This document shows positions 1-12,294 of a stretch of 64,000 nucleotides of DNA, in pieces (position 1 is the first letter of the stretch; each line of letters starts with the position of its first letter). The position numbers were made by a program, and so were the translations under genes. The stretch lies in assembly GCA_016906335.1 (NCBI GenBank), contig JADEYG010000005.1, positions 372,001 through 436,000 of the forward strand, read 5' to 3'. The notes under the pieces were generated by a model. That model had not been told where the DNA came from. It saw nothing but the letters and a program-made list of their open reading frames with translations, and made no database searches. The DNA is from Novakomyces olei (lineage: Eukaryota).

Positions 1-645
1 GGAATACTTCTATCTTAGAGCGGACAATATCAGGTATTATAAAGATGTTTATGTGTCAAGTTTATCTTAATTGAGGGCGAGATTAGAGATTTTACAGTAC
101 ATCGCCTTTGGCCATGGATACGTCAACGTTTTTCAACGGCAGCGAGCCATGGTCCCCTAGTTTGCTGATATGCGTACTTTACAGGAAATGAGTTGGCGGA
201 GGACAAGGGTATAGATGAGGCAGTCGAAAGAGGCATATGGAACATGTGTTATGCACGTCTTGTCTTGAACTCGAATTGTTAACGGTACAAACAAGAATCA
301 ATTCTAGTAGTATATTAAAACGACATGAGTTCTAGGAAGCATCATACTCTGCGTTGACAATGATACAAGACGCTTTGCAGCATGTTGAGTTTGTGGCACA
401 GCAAGGTAATAATCACCAACATTAACCCTAACCCTATATATATTAAATTATTAGCATTAATGCTTATCTTGCATAAAATACCGAGTCCAATAATATTTAG
501 CGATAAGTGTCAAGCGTGAAAAGTACAGATATACCACTGCAGTCTCATACATTATAGGCAGATAAACGTAACAATAGTGATTTTTTTAGTATAAACTTTT
601 ATTAGAGAGCGCTATATACAAAAATTTAAAGAGCCATCATCGAGA

Positions 646-3534
646 ATGGGCAAACCTCGTCGAGGTCCAACCCTTCCCGGGGTTTTGAAAAGCCAGATTG
701 ACGGATTGGCGGATACAAGCTCAGCTTCAAATCGACGCGACTCTAAATCTCAAAGAAATGGCAAGAAGAAAGCGAACGGTCGAGAGACCTCGCATGGCAA
801 AGGCAAAAGATTCGACTCCAACAATAGCTCAATGAAACGAAAACTTGGGGCATATGATCTGGCAGAGTCTGAGTCTGACGATGCGGCCCACGATGATATG
901 GAGGAGCAAGCTGAGGGTGTTCAAGATCGTTATGCGTTTGACAAGGACAATGAGGATATGGACGATGAAGAAATTGATAGTGACGAAGCGTTTGATAGTG
1001 CAGATGATGAACAGTTTGAAGACTGGAAGTTTTCCGGTAGCTCTGCTAATACCAAGAATAAGGACAAGAGATCTGTGGACAAACTCGAGCGAAATAAGGC
1101 AATTTTGAAAGAAGAAGAAGAAGAAGAAGAAGAAGAAGAAAGTGATGATGAACTTGGGAAAGACAATGATGGCATTACACTCTCTGAAATGTTAGATCGT
1201 GGATCCAATGAGGACTCGAGCGACGGTAGTAGTCAAGATAATGACTCTGGGTCGGAGAGTGATGAGGGCAGTAGTGAAGGCGGTAGCGATTTGGAAAGCG
1301 ACGCAAGTGCAAGTGACCTGGAGGAAACGGAGCTAGATCTGTCTGGCGAATCAAACAAATCTTCAAATTTACAAGCTTTTATTGCCAAACTCGATGCCAA
1401 ACGGAAGCGGGATTCACAAGCTGAAGACGCTGTAGAGTCGCGAAAGCGCAAAACACACTCTGATGACCATTACGAGTCTCGTCGAGAATCTCAGTACAAT
1501 GTTCCTTCAACAGCAGGAACAAAGCTAACCCTAAATGACATGATGAAATCGCTGGAAGAGGATTCGGATTCCTTGAAAGTTATATCAAAGTTCAAGCCAA
1601 AAGCGTCGGCTGATACGGATGTGGAGAATGGGCCAATACAGCCGCCATTAGCACGACCGATCAAAGCGCGTTTAGATCGTCAGGCGGCATATGAACAAGC
1701 AAAGACGGACGTCTCCAAATGGCAGGATACAGTAAGGCAAAACCGGCAAGCTGATCATCTCTACTTCCCAGCAGGGCAACAAGACAAATCAGACTCGACC
1801 GTTAATGCAAATACAATTGCTTCCTCACACAAACCGAGCACGGGACTGGAAACGGAGGTACATAAACTGCTAAATTCGGCGGGGCTCCAATCGGAAAAAG
1901 ATCTGGATGGAGTGGATGAGCTGGGCATGAAAAAACTGAGTAGAGAAGAGATTATAGCCCGGAGGAATGAGCTGCGCATGATGAGGGAATTGATGTTTCG
2001 GCATGACATGAAAGCGAAACGCATTGCCAAGATAAAATCCAAAACATTTAGGAAACTAAAGCGTAAAGAAAAAGCAAAGCAGGATATGCTAGTCTCACAA
2101 ACGATCGATAGTGAAGCAAATGCATTAGAACCAAATGGGGAATCAGCTGAAGAAGCTCGATTGCGATTGGAAACCTTACGCGCCCAAGAGAGAATGACAC
2201 AAAAGCATCGAAACGGGGGTAAATGGGCACAACAGGAAAAGAGAAAAGGATCTGCTGCTGCTTTTAACACCGAGTACCGTGAATCTGTTGAAGAATCGAT
2301 TCGTAGAGAAGAGGAATTGGAAGCTCGAATTCGGGGGTTTAATAGTGCAAATAATGAAGACGGCTCTCACTCCGGATCTGAAGATGACGATGATGGATTG
2401 CTGGCCAAGCAAATCCAGGAGTTGGAAAGCGAGGATGGTACGGCGTTTGAAGGCAAACCCTTTAAAGGCAAAGGCTTAGCGCGTATGGCGTTCATGGAAA
2501 GGGCAAAGGAAGCAACACGTGTTCAGAATGAGGAGGATACAAGGCGTTTACGAGATGTCTTGGCTGGTTACGATTCTGATAATTCAGACAATGATAAAAT
2601 TAATGGATCGGAGCACGCAGACAGGCCAGTTGGCCGAGTAAGCTTTGGCCCTGGCACTGTTGAAAAGTCAGAGACGACTGAGTTGGAGAATAGTGATAGT
2701 CGTAATAGTGATCGTCAAGATCCAACGGAAAGGACGGTTTATTCGCGGGGAACAGAACTATTAAACAGCAATCCCTTCACAATATCTCGCGCTGAAAAGG
2801 CACGCGATGGAGACCCTGGACATGGCTCATCTTTTACAGACGCGCATTCGGACCAAGAGCAGGAAAATCCTTGGATCACGGGCGAGACTATGGCAGAGGA
2901 GCCTTTGCGAAAGGCAAAGACGGTCGCTCGTCATCAGTCTGCCCAAAAAATCGCAAACAGTTCTCCAGAAAAAAGAATCGAGATTAATCCTGAACCTTCA
3001 AGTGATAAAGATGATGAGGATGAAGATGAAGCAGAGGCAAGGCTTGTCTATAATCATCCTCATAATAATAATACAGCAATTAAACAAATAGACCTGTTAA
3101 AAGAAGCCTTTGCTGGAGAAGATGTGATCAGAGACTTTGCAGAGGAAAAACGGTTACAAGTAGAGGAAGCAGCACCCAAGGAACAGGACATGACTCTGCC
3201 CGGGTGGGGGTCTTGGACAGGCAGTGGCATCAAATCAAGGCAGCGCACGAATGTCAAGAAATTCACGAAGCTTATACCAGGACTGGACCCTTCGAAACGC
3301 AAGGATGCAAAGCTGCAAAATGTAATAATTAATGAAAAGCGACTGAAAAAGGCGAAACCTTTTCTGGCTTCAGAAGTTCCGTTTCCCTATGAATCTCGGG
3401 AGCAATATGAGCTTTCTATGAACTTACCTGTTGGACAAGAATGGAATAGTCGTGACATGTTCCAAAGGATGACTAAGCCTAGAGTAATGGTTAAGCGCGG
3501 AACCGTTGTTGACCCGTTGAAAGCACCTTTTTGA
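646..3534 (+). CDS. UTP14: U3 snoRNA-associated protein 14 (SSU processome)
   Basis: Intronless 962-aa acidic/basic ORF with Utp14 motifs (EIDSDEAF, RIAKIKSKTFRKL, LPGWGSWTG, RKDAKLQNVIINEK, PVGQEWN, PRVMVKRGTVVDPL); (GAA)10 poly-Glu at 1111-1140. Confidence 0.95.
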   Translation: MGKPRRGPTLPGVLKSQIDGLADTSSASNRRDSKSQRNGKKKANGRETSHGKGKRFDSNNSSMKRKLGAYDLAESESDDAAHDDMEEQAEGVQDRYAFDKDNEDMDDEEIDSDEAFDSADDEQFEDWKFSGSSANTKNKDKRSVDKLERNKAILKEEEEEEEEEESDDELGKDNDGITLSEMLDRGSNEDSSDGSSQDNDSGSESDEGSSEGGSDLESDASASDLEETELDLSGESNKSSNLQAFIAKLDAKRKRDSQAEDAVESRKRKTHSDDHYESRRESQYNVPSTAGTKLTLNDMMKSLEEDSDSLKVISKFKPKASADTDVENGPIQPPLARPIKARLDRQAAYEQAKTDVSKWQDTVRQNRQADHLYFPAGQQDKSDSTVNANTIASSHKPSTGLETEVHKLLNSAGLQSEKDLDGVDELGMKKLSREEIIARRNELRMMRELMFRHDMKAKRIAKIKSKTFRKLKRKEKAKQDMLVSQTIDSEANALEPNGESAEEARLRLETLRAQERMTQKHRNGGKWAQQEKRKGSAAAFNTEYRESVEESIRREEELEARIRGFNSANNEDGSHSGSEDDDDGLLAKQIQELESEDGTAFEGKPFKGKGLARMAFMERAKEATRVQNEEDTRRLRDVLAGYDSDNSDNDKINGSEHADRPVGRVSFGPGTVEKSETTELENSDSRNSDRQDPTERTVYSRGTELLNSNPFTISRAEKARDGDPGHGSSFTDAHSDQEQENPWITGETMAEEPLRKAKTVARHQSAQKIANSSPEKRIEINPEPSSDKDDEDEDEAEARLVYNHPHNNNTAIKQIDLLKEAFAGEDVIRDFAEEKRLQVEEAAPKEQDMTLPGWGSWTGSGIKSRQRTNVKKFTKLIPGLDPSKRKDAKLQNVIINEKRLKKAKPFLASEVPFPYESREQYELSMNLPVGQEWNSRDMFQRMTKPRVMVKRGTVVDPLKAPF

Positions 3535-3704
3535 TATCCGAATAAGCTTTAACGAGGATTTTTGTACACTTGTTTCTTACAATTATTTCCTGGTTTAATT
3601 GAACTAAATTTACAGCATTTGCTTGAGGAAATGGTCTATAGTCTGATGTAGTTTTAGGTATAATTTATATTTTTTATACTGCATTTGTATTTATATGTAT
3701 ATAT

Positions 3705-6596
3705 TCACTCCCTAAGTTTTGACACGAGCTCGGCAAAAGTGACGGAACTCGTTTTCGCCAAGTGTTTCAAAACGACCTTTTGGCGTTTATCAGTCAAAAG
3801 ACGTTCCAGTGCCACTATCAGGTACGGAGCAACGCATTTCAATGACCATTCACTCGGAATAACACTGAGGACGTCGTTCACCTTTATATAACGGGCCCAG
3901 TGATGGATAAAGCGGGCAATCAGTTCATCTGATTCGCCAGCGGCAAACAGCATCTGCAGTAAAAGAGTAAACAGGCCTTGTCTTTTCACGTCATTACCAC
4001 TCGACAGGGTTTTCTCCAGAGTTCCGCGTATTGAACCGCAAGAAAAACAATAGTATTCCGCTGTCTGGATGTCCCTTACCTGCAACAAAACTTTCAGGGC
4101 CTCAGCATGATTGCCCATGCGTCCGTATAGTACAACTGCCTCGGAAATCAGGCAGGGCTCACGAGCAATGGGACCCAGAATTTCCTCTATTTTGCGGGGG
4201 GAAACAGTCTCCAGGACCTGTACCAGTTTGGACTCCATTTCAACGACAAGTGTATACTTTTCTGTAACGGATGGCTCTCCTCCGTTATCCACAACTGTGC
4301 TTGCGTAATCCAAAAACTTGGGCTTCGGTATCCCACACTCGGCATACCGCTGAACCGTAGCTAAGGCCAGTTCCTTAATGCGTGAGTCTTCAAGCAAGCT
4401 TAGAGTCTTGTGCAAAAGTAGATCAGCCAGCTTGTCCACCAGCTCAGGATCGAGCAGATGTTCAGTGAAAACGAAATACTCCAATACCGGTAAAGAAGCG
4501 CCATTGCCAATAGCTGAATCAACGCGTTCGACGATATTATGAGGCCCAAACCGTCGCAGAATGGCAATTCCAGCCTGAGCATCATACTGCAATAGAAAAA
4601 TGCCAAACTCCCACACAATAGCCTCGTCCCGAGTTGCCTTTAGTTCCCTGACAAACAGCGATTTGCCGTCCACGAACTTTGGATCATCAACAGCGCCAGA
4701 TAATAGTTGGGCCCATGTCTGGAAGGCTTCACGGGGTTTTCCCATTTTTCTATAGTAAAGTGAGAGAGCATAGTATTGCCCGCAGGATACTAAAACATGG
4801 CGCACCGTCTCCTCGTCACAGCAAAAGTTATCGTCGTCCAGGAAGCCGATGAGTCCCTCATAGTCTGATCTTGCAAACATCTCCAGCAGCGCTTGGTCCA
4901 CTAGATGCCAACGCCATTTGGGAACTGTCAGCGTGCAAACCAGGGGGTTACACTGGCGTGCAAAAGACAGGTACCTCTGTAAAATTGTATAAAAATCCGA
5001 CCGTACAAACTCCCGGGCCTCCTCTGGCACACTGTCCAGGATCTCGTCTATTGAAACAGGCAAAAACTGCAACAGACCGTGCATGATATTCATCTCGCCG
5101 GAACGGTCTCGGTACTCGGGAAACAAATGCAGCAAAACCAAAGGATCCAATTTAGAAAGCTTCAAATAGTCCAGAGCATCATTGAGCATAAATTTATGTA
5201 AAAGTTTGAACGACAATCGCTGGTAAAACAGTGCCAGTTCCGTTTCAACACGTACAAGCTCGGTCCCATCGACTGTTCCAGTTTGGCTCTTTAACGATTC
5301 GGCAAAATCAATGGCAGACTGAATTCCGTCTTCATCAGCAAAGATCTTTGTCAGGATTTCGGTACTACTGGGCTCTGTAAAGGCATATATTTGTCCATCA
5401 ACTGCTCCGACCAGTTGTGACTTACGAATGGCCGCCTTACGAGCATTGTCAAGAGCCTCCCGAGTAGGAGGCAGTTCTCCAACGCAAACCGTTAATTGCT
5501 CCATCAATTTTGTATCTGGGAACAGGAATCCAGTGACTTTGTGTATGGCGGCCTTCTGTAAGGACCATACCGTGACTGGTTCAAGGCTGCGCATATCGTA
5601 TACTTGTACTTTTTCCGGTAATGTGACTATAATACTGCCCCCAAAGGCGGTAAACGATAGAGGGAAATCGTCAAAAACCAGAGTATTGCGGGTGATATTG
5701 CCCTCACAATCCACAAAGATCCCGATACCTGTTGTATCTGCACCCGTAGCGAGTAGAAAATCTTCATCATTGATAGCGCAGACAACAGGCGTTTGCTGGA
5801 CTTGCTGCTCGCTACTAATTTGCCCTGAATCTATGGGCTCAGGGATGCCTTGCATTATTGGCATAAGGGGGATTCGCTGCTGGCTTTCGAGGTCAACAAG
5901 ATCGTAGGTCTCTTCATTGGCAGCACAGGCTATGTGTCCGATCAGATCTGCCGCGACTGCAGGATACGCGACGTCAGCCAATAAGCGAAGCGAATTACTG
6001 ACACGTACTCGCCGCATTTTTTTGGAGGCCAATATCAGGATCTCGTACGCGGAATCAGCTGTTGATGGGGCCAACTGCACATTCGTTACGCTTTTAATTG
6101 AGCGCATATCACTGGCCGGAGACAGTTCTGGCAGTGTTCGGAAGTAAAGCTGTCCATCTTGTAATTAGACTACGAATTGAAATGTAAATTAAATTTAATT
6201 TAATTATAATAATTCAATCATAATAATTTAGTTAATTCGATTTGAACAAAAGGATTAAATACAGGCGAATTGATGCGAATTGATGCAATGAAATAAAAGT
6301 GGAACAAGACGAAAATAGTTGTGTCAGTAGCCTTACCACATAGAATAACCGCCTTTGAGATTCGAGCTAAAGCGATAATGGCTTTAACCGGGCCAGCGCC
6401 AAAGGATAGTATGGAGGCCGGGACATATTGTCCATCTATGAGCACAAAATGAAGGACCCGTCCGTCTGCTGTTCCAGCATAAAGATTGCCGTCTATCAAT
6501 ATTAAGCAAATTGTACACGCTGGACTGCTTACCATTTGCCGTGAAGGTAGAGATTTCGGCATCTATTCGGAACACAGACTGATAGCAGAGTTCCAT
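3705..6596 (-). CDS. CNH-domain Vps39/Vps3/TGFBRAP1-family vacuolar/endosomal tethering subunit
   Basis: Spliced gene with two introns (about 6532-6493 GTAAGC..TAG and 6330-6159 GTAAGG..AAG). N-terminal CNH-like propeller (DGNLYAGTADG, GIGIFVDCEGNITR) and helical repeats (LYGRMGNHAEALKVL, AEYYC, VLSVIPSEWSL). No C-terminal zinc finger, so more Vps3/TGFBRAP1-like. Start codon is approximate. Confidence 0.8.
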
Positions 6597-6965
6597 ACCT
6601 GCATCGTGTTAGAGTAGCATTGCCCTGCTGCGCAATGAGCTATCGGCGAACGATTACACTGTTCAGTTTTATTGGGCTCAATCGTAAAATAAAATGAGCA
6701 AGCTGGTGTTTTAAATATTTGGAAACTAGTATTATTGTATTTTTATTATTGTAATTTTATTAATGTAATTATATTTTTCGATTTTTTTATTCAATGATCT
6801 CTACTAGTTTTGTTGTATTGTAGCACTTTTAATTGTATTTTCCTCGTTTTGTTTTGCTCTGCTCTTTTTATTACATTATTCTACACTAAACACGGCACCC
6901 AGAATAAGACATAAATAATTTATTCTGTAAATCTGAACGAAGACTTGCAACCCAAATTTTGCGCA

Positions 6966-9581
6966 ATGGCTCGAGGCAAGAAGGGCCAGAGCATAGAAAA
7001 CGATTTGGGTATATCTGACGATACAGGATCAGATGCTGCCTCGGGAAACACGACCCCAGTGGCTCCTGCGAAAAAGAACAAAAAAGCTGCAAAGGCTAAA
7101 CGGCAAACAGTGGCTCACGAAGAGGAAGATGACGACAAGTACGATTTAAAAATTGGTGATGAGAGTGGAAGCGAAGATGAAACTGCAGCTCTAAAATCCT
7201 CAGAGAAAAAGTCGAAAGCGGCACCTGTGAACGCCTTTGATTTTCTCCAGGATGAAGATGATCAGGGAGACGAGGAAGATGGAGAAGCAGAAATTGATAA
7301 AGACAATGACGAAACTGAAGCTCTGACTAAAGGCTTAAAGGACCTTGATGTCAAAGCCGGCAAGAAAAAGAGTAAAGATGGCGGAGAAAAAAAGGATCGG
7401 AAAACCAGGTAAGCCGTAATCTTTTCCTTCAATCTTTGTGCATTTCTTTATTACATATTGTCATTTTTGATTAGATGCAATTATTAGATTTTTTTTTCTA
7501 GTTTAAATTGTTTTGACTGTTCTTTTTTCTTTTTTTTTTTTTTTTTAATCATTTATATGATTAAAAAATGTGCCAATTGTCAGTCTTGATTAGCTGTTTT
7601 AGTTTGAAACGCAACTTTTTTTTGGCTCAGAAATCTTCCCTTTATTTCAATTACAAGGACCTAACAATGATATAGAAAGAAAGAAAAGGCTCAGCGTATG
7701 GCCGAGGCAGCAACGGAAAAGGACGACAAGGCTGCCGAAGAGCGTCGTAAAAAACCCGTCTCAGCGGGCGCTGGTTTGGCAAACAGCCGACTTTTCTTTT
7801 CTTATGCTTCAGGCCAGCCGCTTGGTCCAGATGGCACTAACCCTGCTGATGCAATTGCAGTCACAGGAAACCTTCTTTCACCTCCCAATTCAAAGGACGT
7901 GCAGGTCGAAAAAGTATCGGTCTCTGCGTTTGGGAAGTCTCTTATAAAGGACAGTGAATTGAACCTTATAAATGGTCGTCGTTATGGACTGATTGCTCCT
8001 AATGGATCAGGAAAGTCCACACTTTTACACGCTATCGCTTGCGGCCTGGTGCCAGTTCCGCAGTCACTGGATTTCTACCTTTTAGATCGTGAATTCCGGC
8101 CATCGGAATTGACCAGTGTGGAGGCAGTTTTGGACATAAACGAGCAGGAAAGACGTCATCTTGAAGAAGAAATGGATGATTTACTTGGAGATCCTGATGC
8201 GAATGCAGTACGATTGGATTTTATTCAAACTCGGCTTGCCGAACTCGATGCAGATTCGTCTGAGCATAAAGTGAAAAAGATCTTGCACGGTTTGCAGTTC
8301 ACAGAAGCCATGTTGTCCACAAAAACAAAAGACCTCAGTGGTGGTTGGAGAATGAGAATTGCTCTTGCCCGAATTCTTTTCGTAAAACCGACGCTGATGA
8401 TGCTTGATGAGCCCACAAATCATTTGGATTTAGAGGCAGTTGCTTGGCTTGAAGAGTACTTGACCCATGAGCTATCTGGTCACACGCTACTCATCACATG
8501 TCATACGCAAGATACCCTGAACGAAGTTTGTACGGACATAATAAACTTGAAGGACCAAAGGCTCGACTATTATCCCGGCAATTACGATACCTTTGTCAAG
8601 GTCCGTGCCGAAAGGGATGCGATGCTGTCTAAGAAAGTCAGGCAAAAAGATAAAGACATGGCAAAATTGCAAAATAAACTAAACATGACGGGGAGTGATC
8701 AGCAAAAGCAGGCAAAAGCCAAAGTCAAAGCGATGGAAAAACGGGCGGAGAAAGAAAAGAAAGACAATAAAGTATTGGAAGAGGAGCTCACGCATGCAAA
8801 GGAGTTACACATTGTATTTGAAGACTGTGGAGGAGGAATTCCTTCACCCGCTGTTAAATTTCAAGACGTGTCCTTTGGCTATCCCGGTACTAACAAGACT
8901 CTGTTTAAAAACCTTAATTTTGGTATCGATTTGAAATCACGAATTGCCCTGGTTGGCCCAAATGGATGTGGGAAAACTACACTGATTAATTTACTTTTAA
9001 ATAAGTTGGAGCCGACTACAGGACACATTTCGCGGCATCATTCGCTCAGAATGGCTCTTTTCCATCAGCACATGTCCGATCAGCTGGATATGAACAAGTC
9101 AGCTGTTGACTGGCTCCGAAGCCAGTTTGGGGATCGGCCTGAAGGTGAAATGAGACGGATCGTAGGCCGATACGGGCTGACTGGTAAGTCTCAAATTATC
9201 CCGATGCGCCAGCTCAGCGATGGACAAAGGAGACGAGTGCTTTTCTGTTATTTGGGAATGCGCCAGCCTCACATTCTTCTCATGGATGAGCCTACAAATG
9301 CTCTAGATATTGCTACGATAGATGCATTGGCAGAAGCAATCAACAACTTTGACGGAGGAGTCGTTATCATCTCTCACGATCTCCGCTTGATCGAGCAGAC
9401 AGCTGAAGAAATCTGGCTTGTGGGCAACGAGTCAGTTCGGCCGCTGGAAGGAGATATTCGTGACTACAAGGATATGCTTAAAGCAAAAATCCATGAAGAA
9501 CGGGAAGAAGAGCGCAAAAGAGACATGCTGGCAATGGCAGACGAAAAGCAAAAGTCTAAAACTGTACTCGGGCTTCATTAA
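6966..9581 (+). CDS. ABC-F family soluble ATPase with long Lys/acidic N-terminal extension (ABCF1-like architecture)
   Basis: Exons 6966-7408 and 7676-9581 (GTAAGC..CTAAC..TAG, frame consistent). Two ABC domains (APNGSGKST/LSGGW/LDEPTNHLD and GPNGCGKTT/LSDGQ/MDEPTNALD), no TM segments. Confidence 0.92.
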
Positions 9582-9790
9582 GAGGGCTGAATGTATTACT
9601 TGTGACATTAGTAGATGCTTTCAAAAGAATAAATATCAATTTTGTAAATTTGCGACGAGAGCGAGATCAAAACGGTTTCAAGAGGATTGTAGACATTGAA
9701 TATTGTAAAATCTTATTAAAGTGGCGGTCACGTGTGCAAAATTGTATGTACAATAATTATTATTATTAATGACTTTTATTATTGACAAAT

Positions 9791-11125
9791 CTATACAAGG
9801 GCAGACAGCTTTGAGCTAATTGTCATTCTCGCGGCTGAAAGAACGATGGAGCCGATGACAAGAGCTGCTCCGGCAAACCCAAAGGCACCGTGAAAGTACC
9901 CAGAACCATTAGGTATTGCAGAGGCAATAGGAGAGCCTGTTAAAATTGCAAAAGAAATAACACCGCAGCACATCCCCACCATAGTGCCGATTTTTTTCAT
10001 GTCGGGGCAAATTTGAGCAATAATAGCTGCCTGCAGCGAGATCATTGCGCCTGAAGAAAATCCAAAAAAAGCAGCAAGGACCCAAGCAGATGCGCGAGAT
10101 GTGCAACCCACCCAAACAAGGCAAAACACGCCAGAGCTGAACACTGCACAAATTATCAGATTAAATCGGCCAAACCGGTCAGCAAGGGCTCCGGGAATAG
10201 TTCGGCCAAAGAACGAGGCTCCGTTGATTACAGAGATCAGGTAAAACCCCTCCTGTCGCCCGATACCCGCGCGTATTCCGAAATTAACAGAAAGGTAATA
10301 CGGGATAAACATTCCCCAGAACCCGAAAAACAGTCCAATGACGACAAGAGCAAATTTGGTATCCTTGAAAAACGAAAAGTCGATAAAAGGACCGCTTGTG
10401 TGGCGGGGCAATCTGGTGCGAAGGCAAATATTGCCCACTGCCAGAAACGGGATGTATAGAAACGCAAACAGCCTAATGCTCCAGCCAAACCCGAGATTAG
10501 AATTATTGAGGCATTTGTTCAGGACGATAGGCCAGACAACGCCGCCCAGGGAAGATCCAGCGGCGGCCAGACCAAGGGCGATTCCTCGTTTACGAGCAAA
10601 GTAGTGGTTAACGCACCCGATAGACGGGAAAAACATTAGAGCATTGGCCAGGCCGAAAGCAACGCCCTGGGCCAAAAAGAATTGGTAATATTCGTGAGAA
10701 ATTGAGACCATCATAAACGCAAAGACAGCGAGCACTGAGCCCGACAGAAAAATCGGCTGTACTCCCCATCTGTCGAACGCTCGGCCCACGAGTGGTCCAA
10801 AAAAAAACATTAAAAAGCCCTGAAAAGTGCCTATCCACGATACGTCAGACGCGGATTTGTGTGCCAATTGGTGTGTCAAGTAGTACGGCTCAAAGACACC
10901 AAAGCTTGTGATTGTGCCAAAGGCGACAAAGTAAGTGCACGCAGAGCCGAGCACGACGAGCCAGGCTCGCAGCCCGCCTTCTGGGAAATCTGGCACTGGC
11001 GCAGGCGGAGGTGCAGCGCTCGCCTGCTTTTCCATAGTAAGCGCGTCTTGGTCTTGCGAGTCATTCTGCGAAAGCTGAGTCTCGTCTGCCTGACGCGGAG
11101 CACTGCCTGCTCGCTCACGACGCAT
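9791..11125 (-). CDS. MFS monocarboxylate-porter family transporter (Mch/MCT-like)
   Basis: Intronless 444 aa; PEGGLRAWLVVLGS, SFGVF..YY, WIGTFQ, YYQFFLAQG, HYFARKRGIALG..AGSSLGG, GRTIPGALADRFGRFN; about 12 hydrophobic segments. Confidence 0.92.
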   Translation of the reverse strand: MRRERAGSAPRQADETQLSQNDSQDQDALTMEKQASAAPPPAPVPDFPEGGLRAWLVVLGSACTYFVAFGTITSFGVFEPYYLTHQLAHKSASDVSWIGTFQGFLMFFFGPLVGRAFDRWGVQPIFLSGSVLAVFAFMMVSISHEYYQFFLAQGVAFGLANALMFFPSIGCVNHYFARKRGIALGLAAAGSSLGGVVWPIVLNKCLNNSNLGFGWSIRLFAFLYIPFLAVGNICLRTRLPRHTSGPFIDFSFFKDTKFALVVIGLFFGFWGMFIPYYLSVNFGIRAGIGRQEGFYLISVINGASFFGRTIPGALADRFGRFNLIICAVFSSGVFCLVWVGCTSRASAWVLAAFFGFSSGAMISLQAAIIAQICPDMKKIGTMVGMCCGVISFAILTGSPIASAIPNGSGYFHGAFGFAGAALVIGSIVLSAARMTISSKLSALV

Positions 11126-11329
11126 TTCTGACGCGTTTCAATTGCCTTTTCTGCGGCATAGAGCTTAAACTGGCTCGGCCTTTTATAAATCGATCGCGTA
11201 GCCATCTGGACCGTGGACCGTGTCACGGCAATCGGTACACCGATGCACCGATATATACACCGAAGTACCGATATTCCTCCGACTGGGGTATGTACAGTAT
11301 TTATTGTAAAGTTTTTATTGTAGTGTTTA

Positions 11330-11386
11330 TTGAATAATGTTATTGAATAGTGTTTATTGAATAGTGTTTATTGAATAGTGTTTATT
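11330..11386. repeat. 14-bp tandem repeat (TGAATAGTGTTTAT), about 4 copies, upstream of the MFS gene
   Basis: Directly visible tandem copies; the first copy is degenerate. Confidence 0.85.
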
Positions 11387-12294
11387 GTATAATTTAATCT
11401 TTCTATACCCTTTCAGCAAACAGCGATACCCGGACCTCTGAAACGAGAACAAATAAGCGACGTGCGCCTATACTGACTGTTTCACAAACAGATTCGGCAA
11501 TGCCGACAGGCAGAATGTTGCTTTAACGCGCGCGCTGTTCGCGTAGATCGCGTGCGTGAAATGACGCTAAACTACAAAGGGTTTTCTACTCTGGAGCGAT
11601 AGGTCTATTATAAGAGTCAAACAATTGACGGCGTTTAATCTGGTTTTTATCTGTGTATATATATATACACATACACACTATACGCGTACGAAGTGTATAT
11701 ATCTGTACGTGTATAGAAAAACAGTGTAGACAAGCTTTGGAGAAGACGCAATGGCTAAAGAATTGGACTTTGTCAAATAAAACCAGCATTGCAGCCAACA
11801 TTGATTGTGCTCTAACAAAATCATAATACTCAATGAGACAAATACAGTGTGGGCTAATTTGCAGGCAGCCAGAGTGCTGTTAGACTGGTCTGGTATATAT
11901 CTGAATTGAATGTACGCGTATATGACTAAATGTGCCTATTATCTAAAATGTGTGTCTATTAAAAGTATAAAATATGCGTATATAGTACTGAATATATATA
12001 TATTCCTGTGTTAGTATAATAAGTCTACCATTCTCGAGTACATGGAATGAATGGGTTGTGGATAAACACAGAATTACACTGCCAGAAACTAAATTTAATT
12101 CGTTTAATGAAAATATGAAAAGTCAGCAGTATTTGATAATATGGCTTTCCTCCAATTTTGGACGCCCATTCTTATTTCCGCCCAAAAACTAAATACAAAT
12201 AAACACATCTTCCTTGAGCAGCTTGAGTCTGAGCTTTAATCTCGGTTTTCCGTCGTCGTCTGCAACGGACAAATTGTCAAGTTTTAGAGAAAGA

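Noticed and set aside
1-214. Possible last exons of a plus-strand gene entering the window (..RDFTVHRLWAMDTSTFFNGSEPWSPSFADMRTLQEMSWRRTRV*)
   Set aside because: Short, with no recognisable motif and no convincing splice acceptor; cannot be supported without upstream sequence.
423-436. TAACCCTAACCC as a telomerase RNA template or a chromosome end
   Set aside because: Only about 2.3 repeats in a short promoter immediately before UTP14; no room or structural evidence for a telomerase RNA, and genes continue normally.
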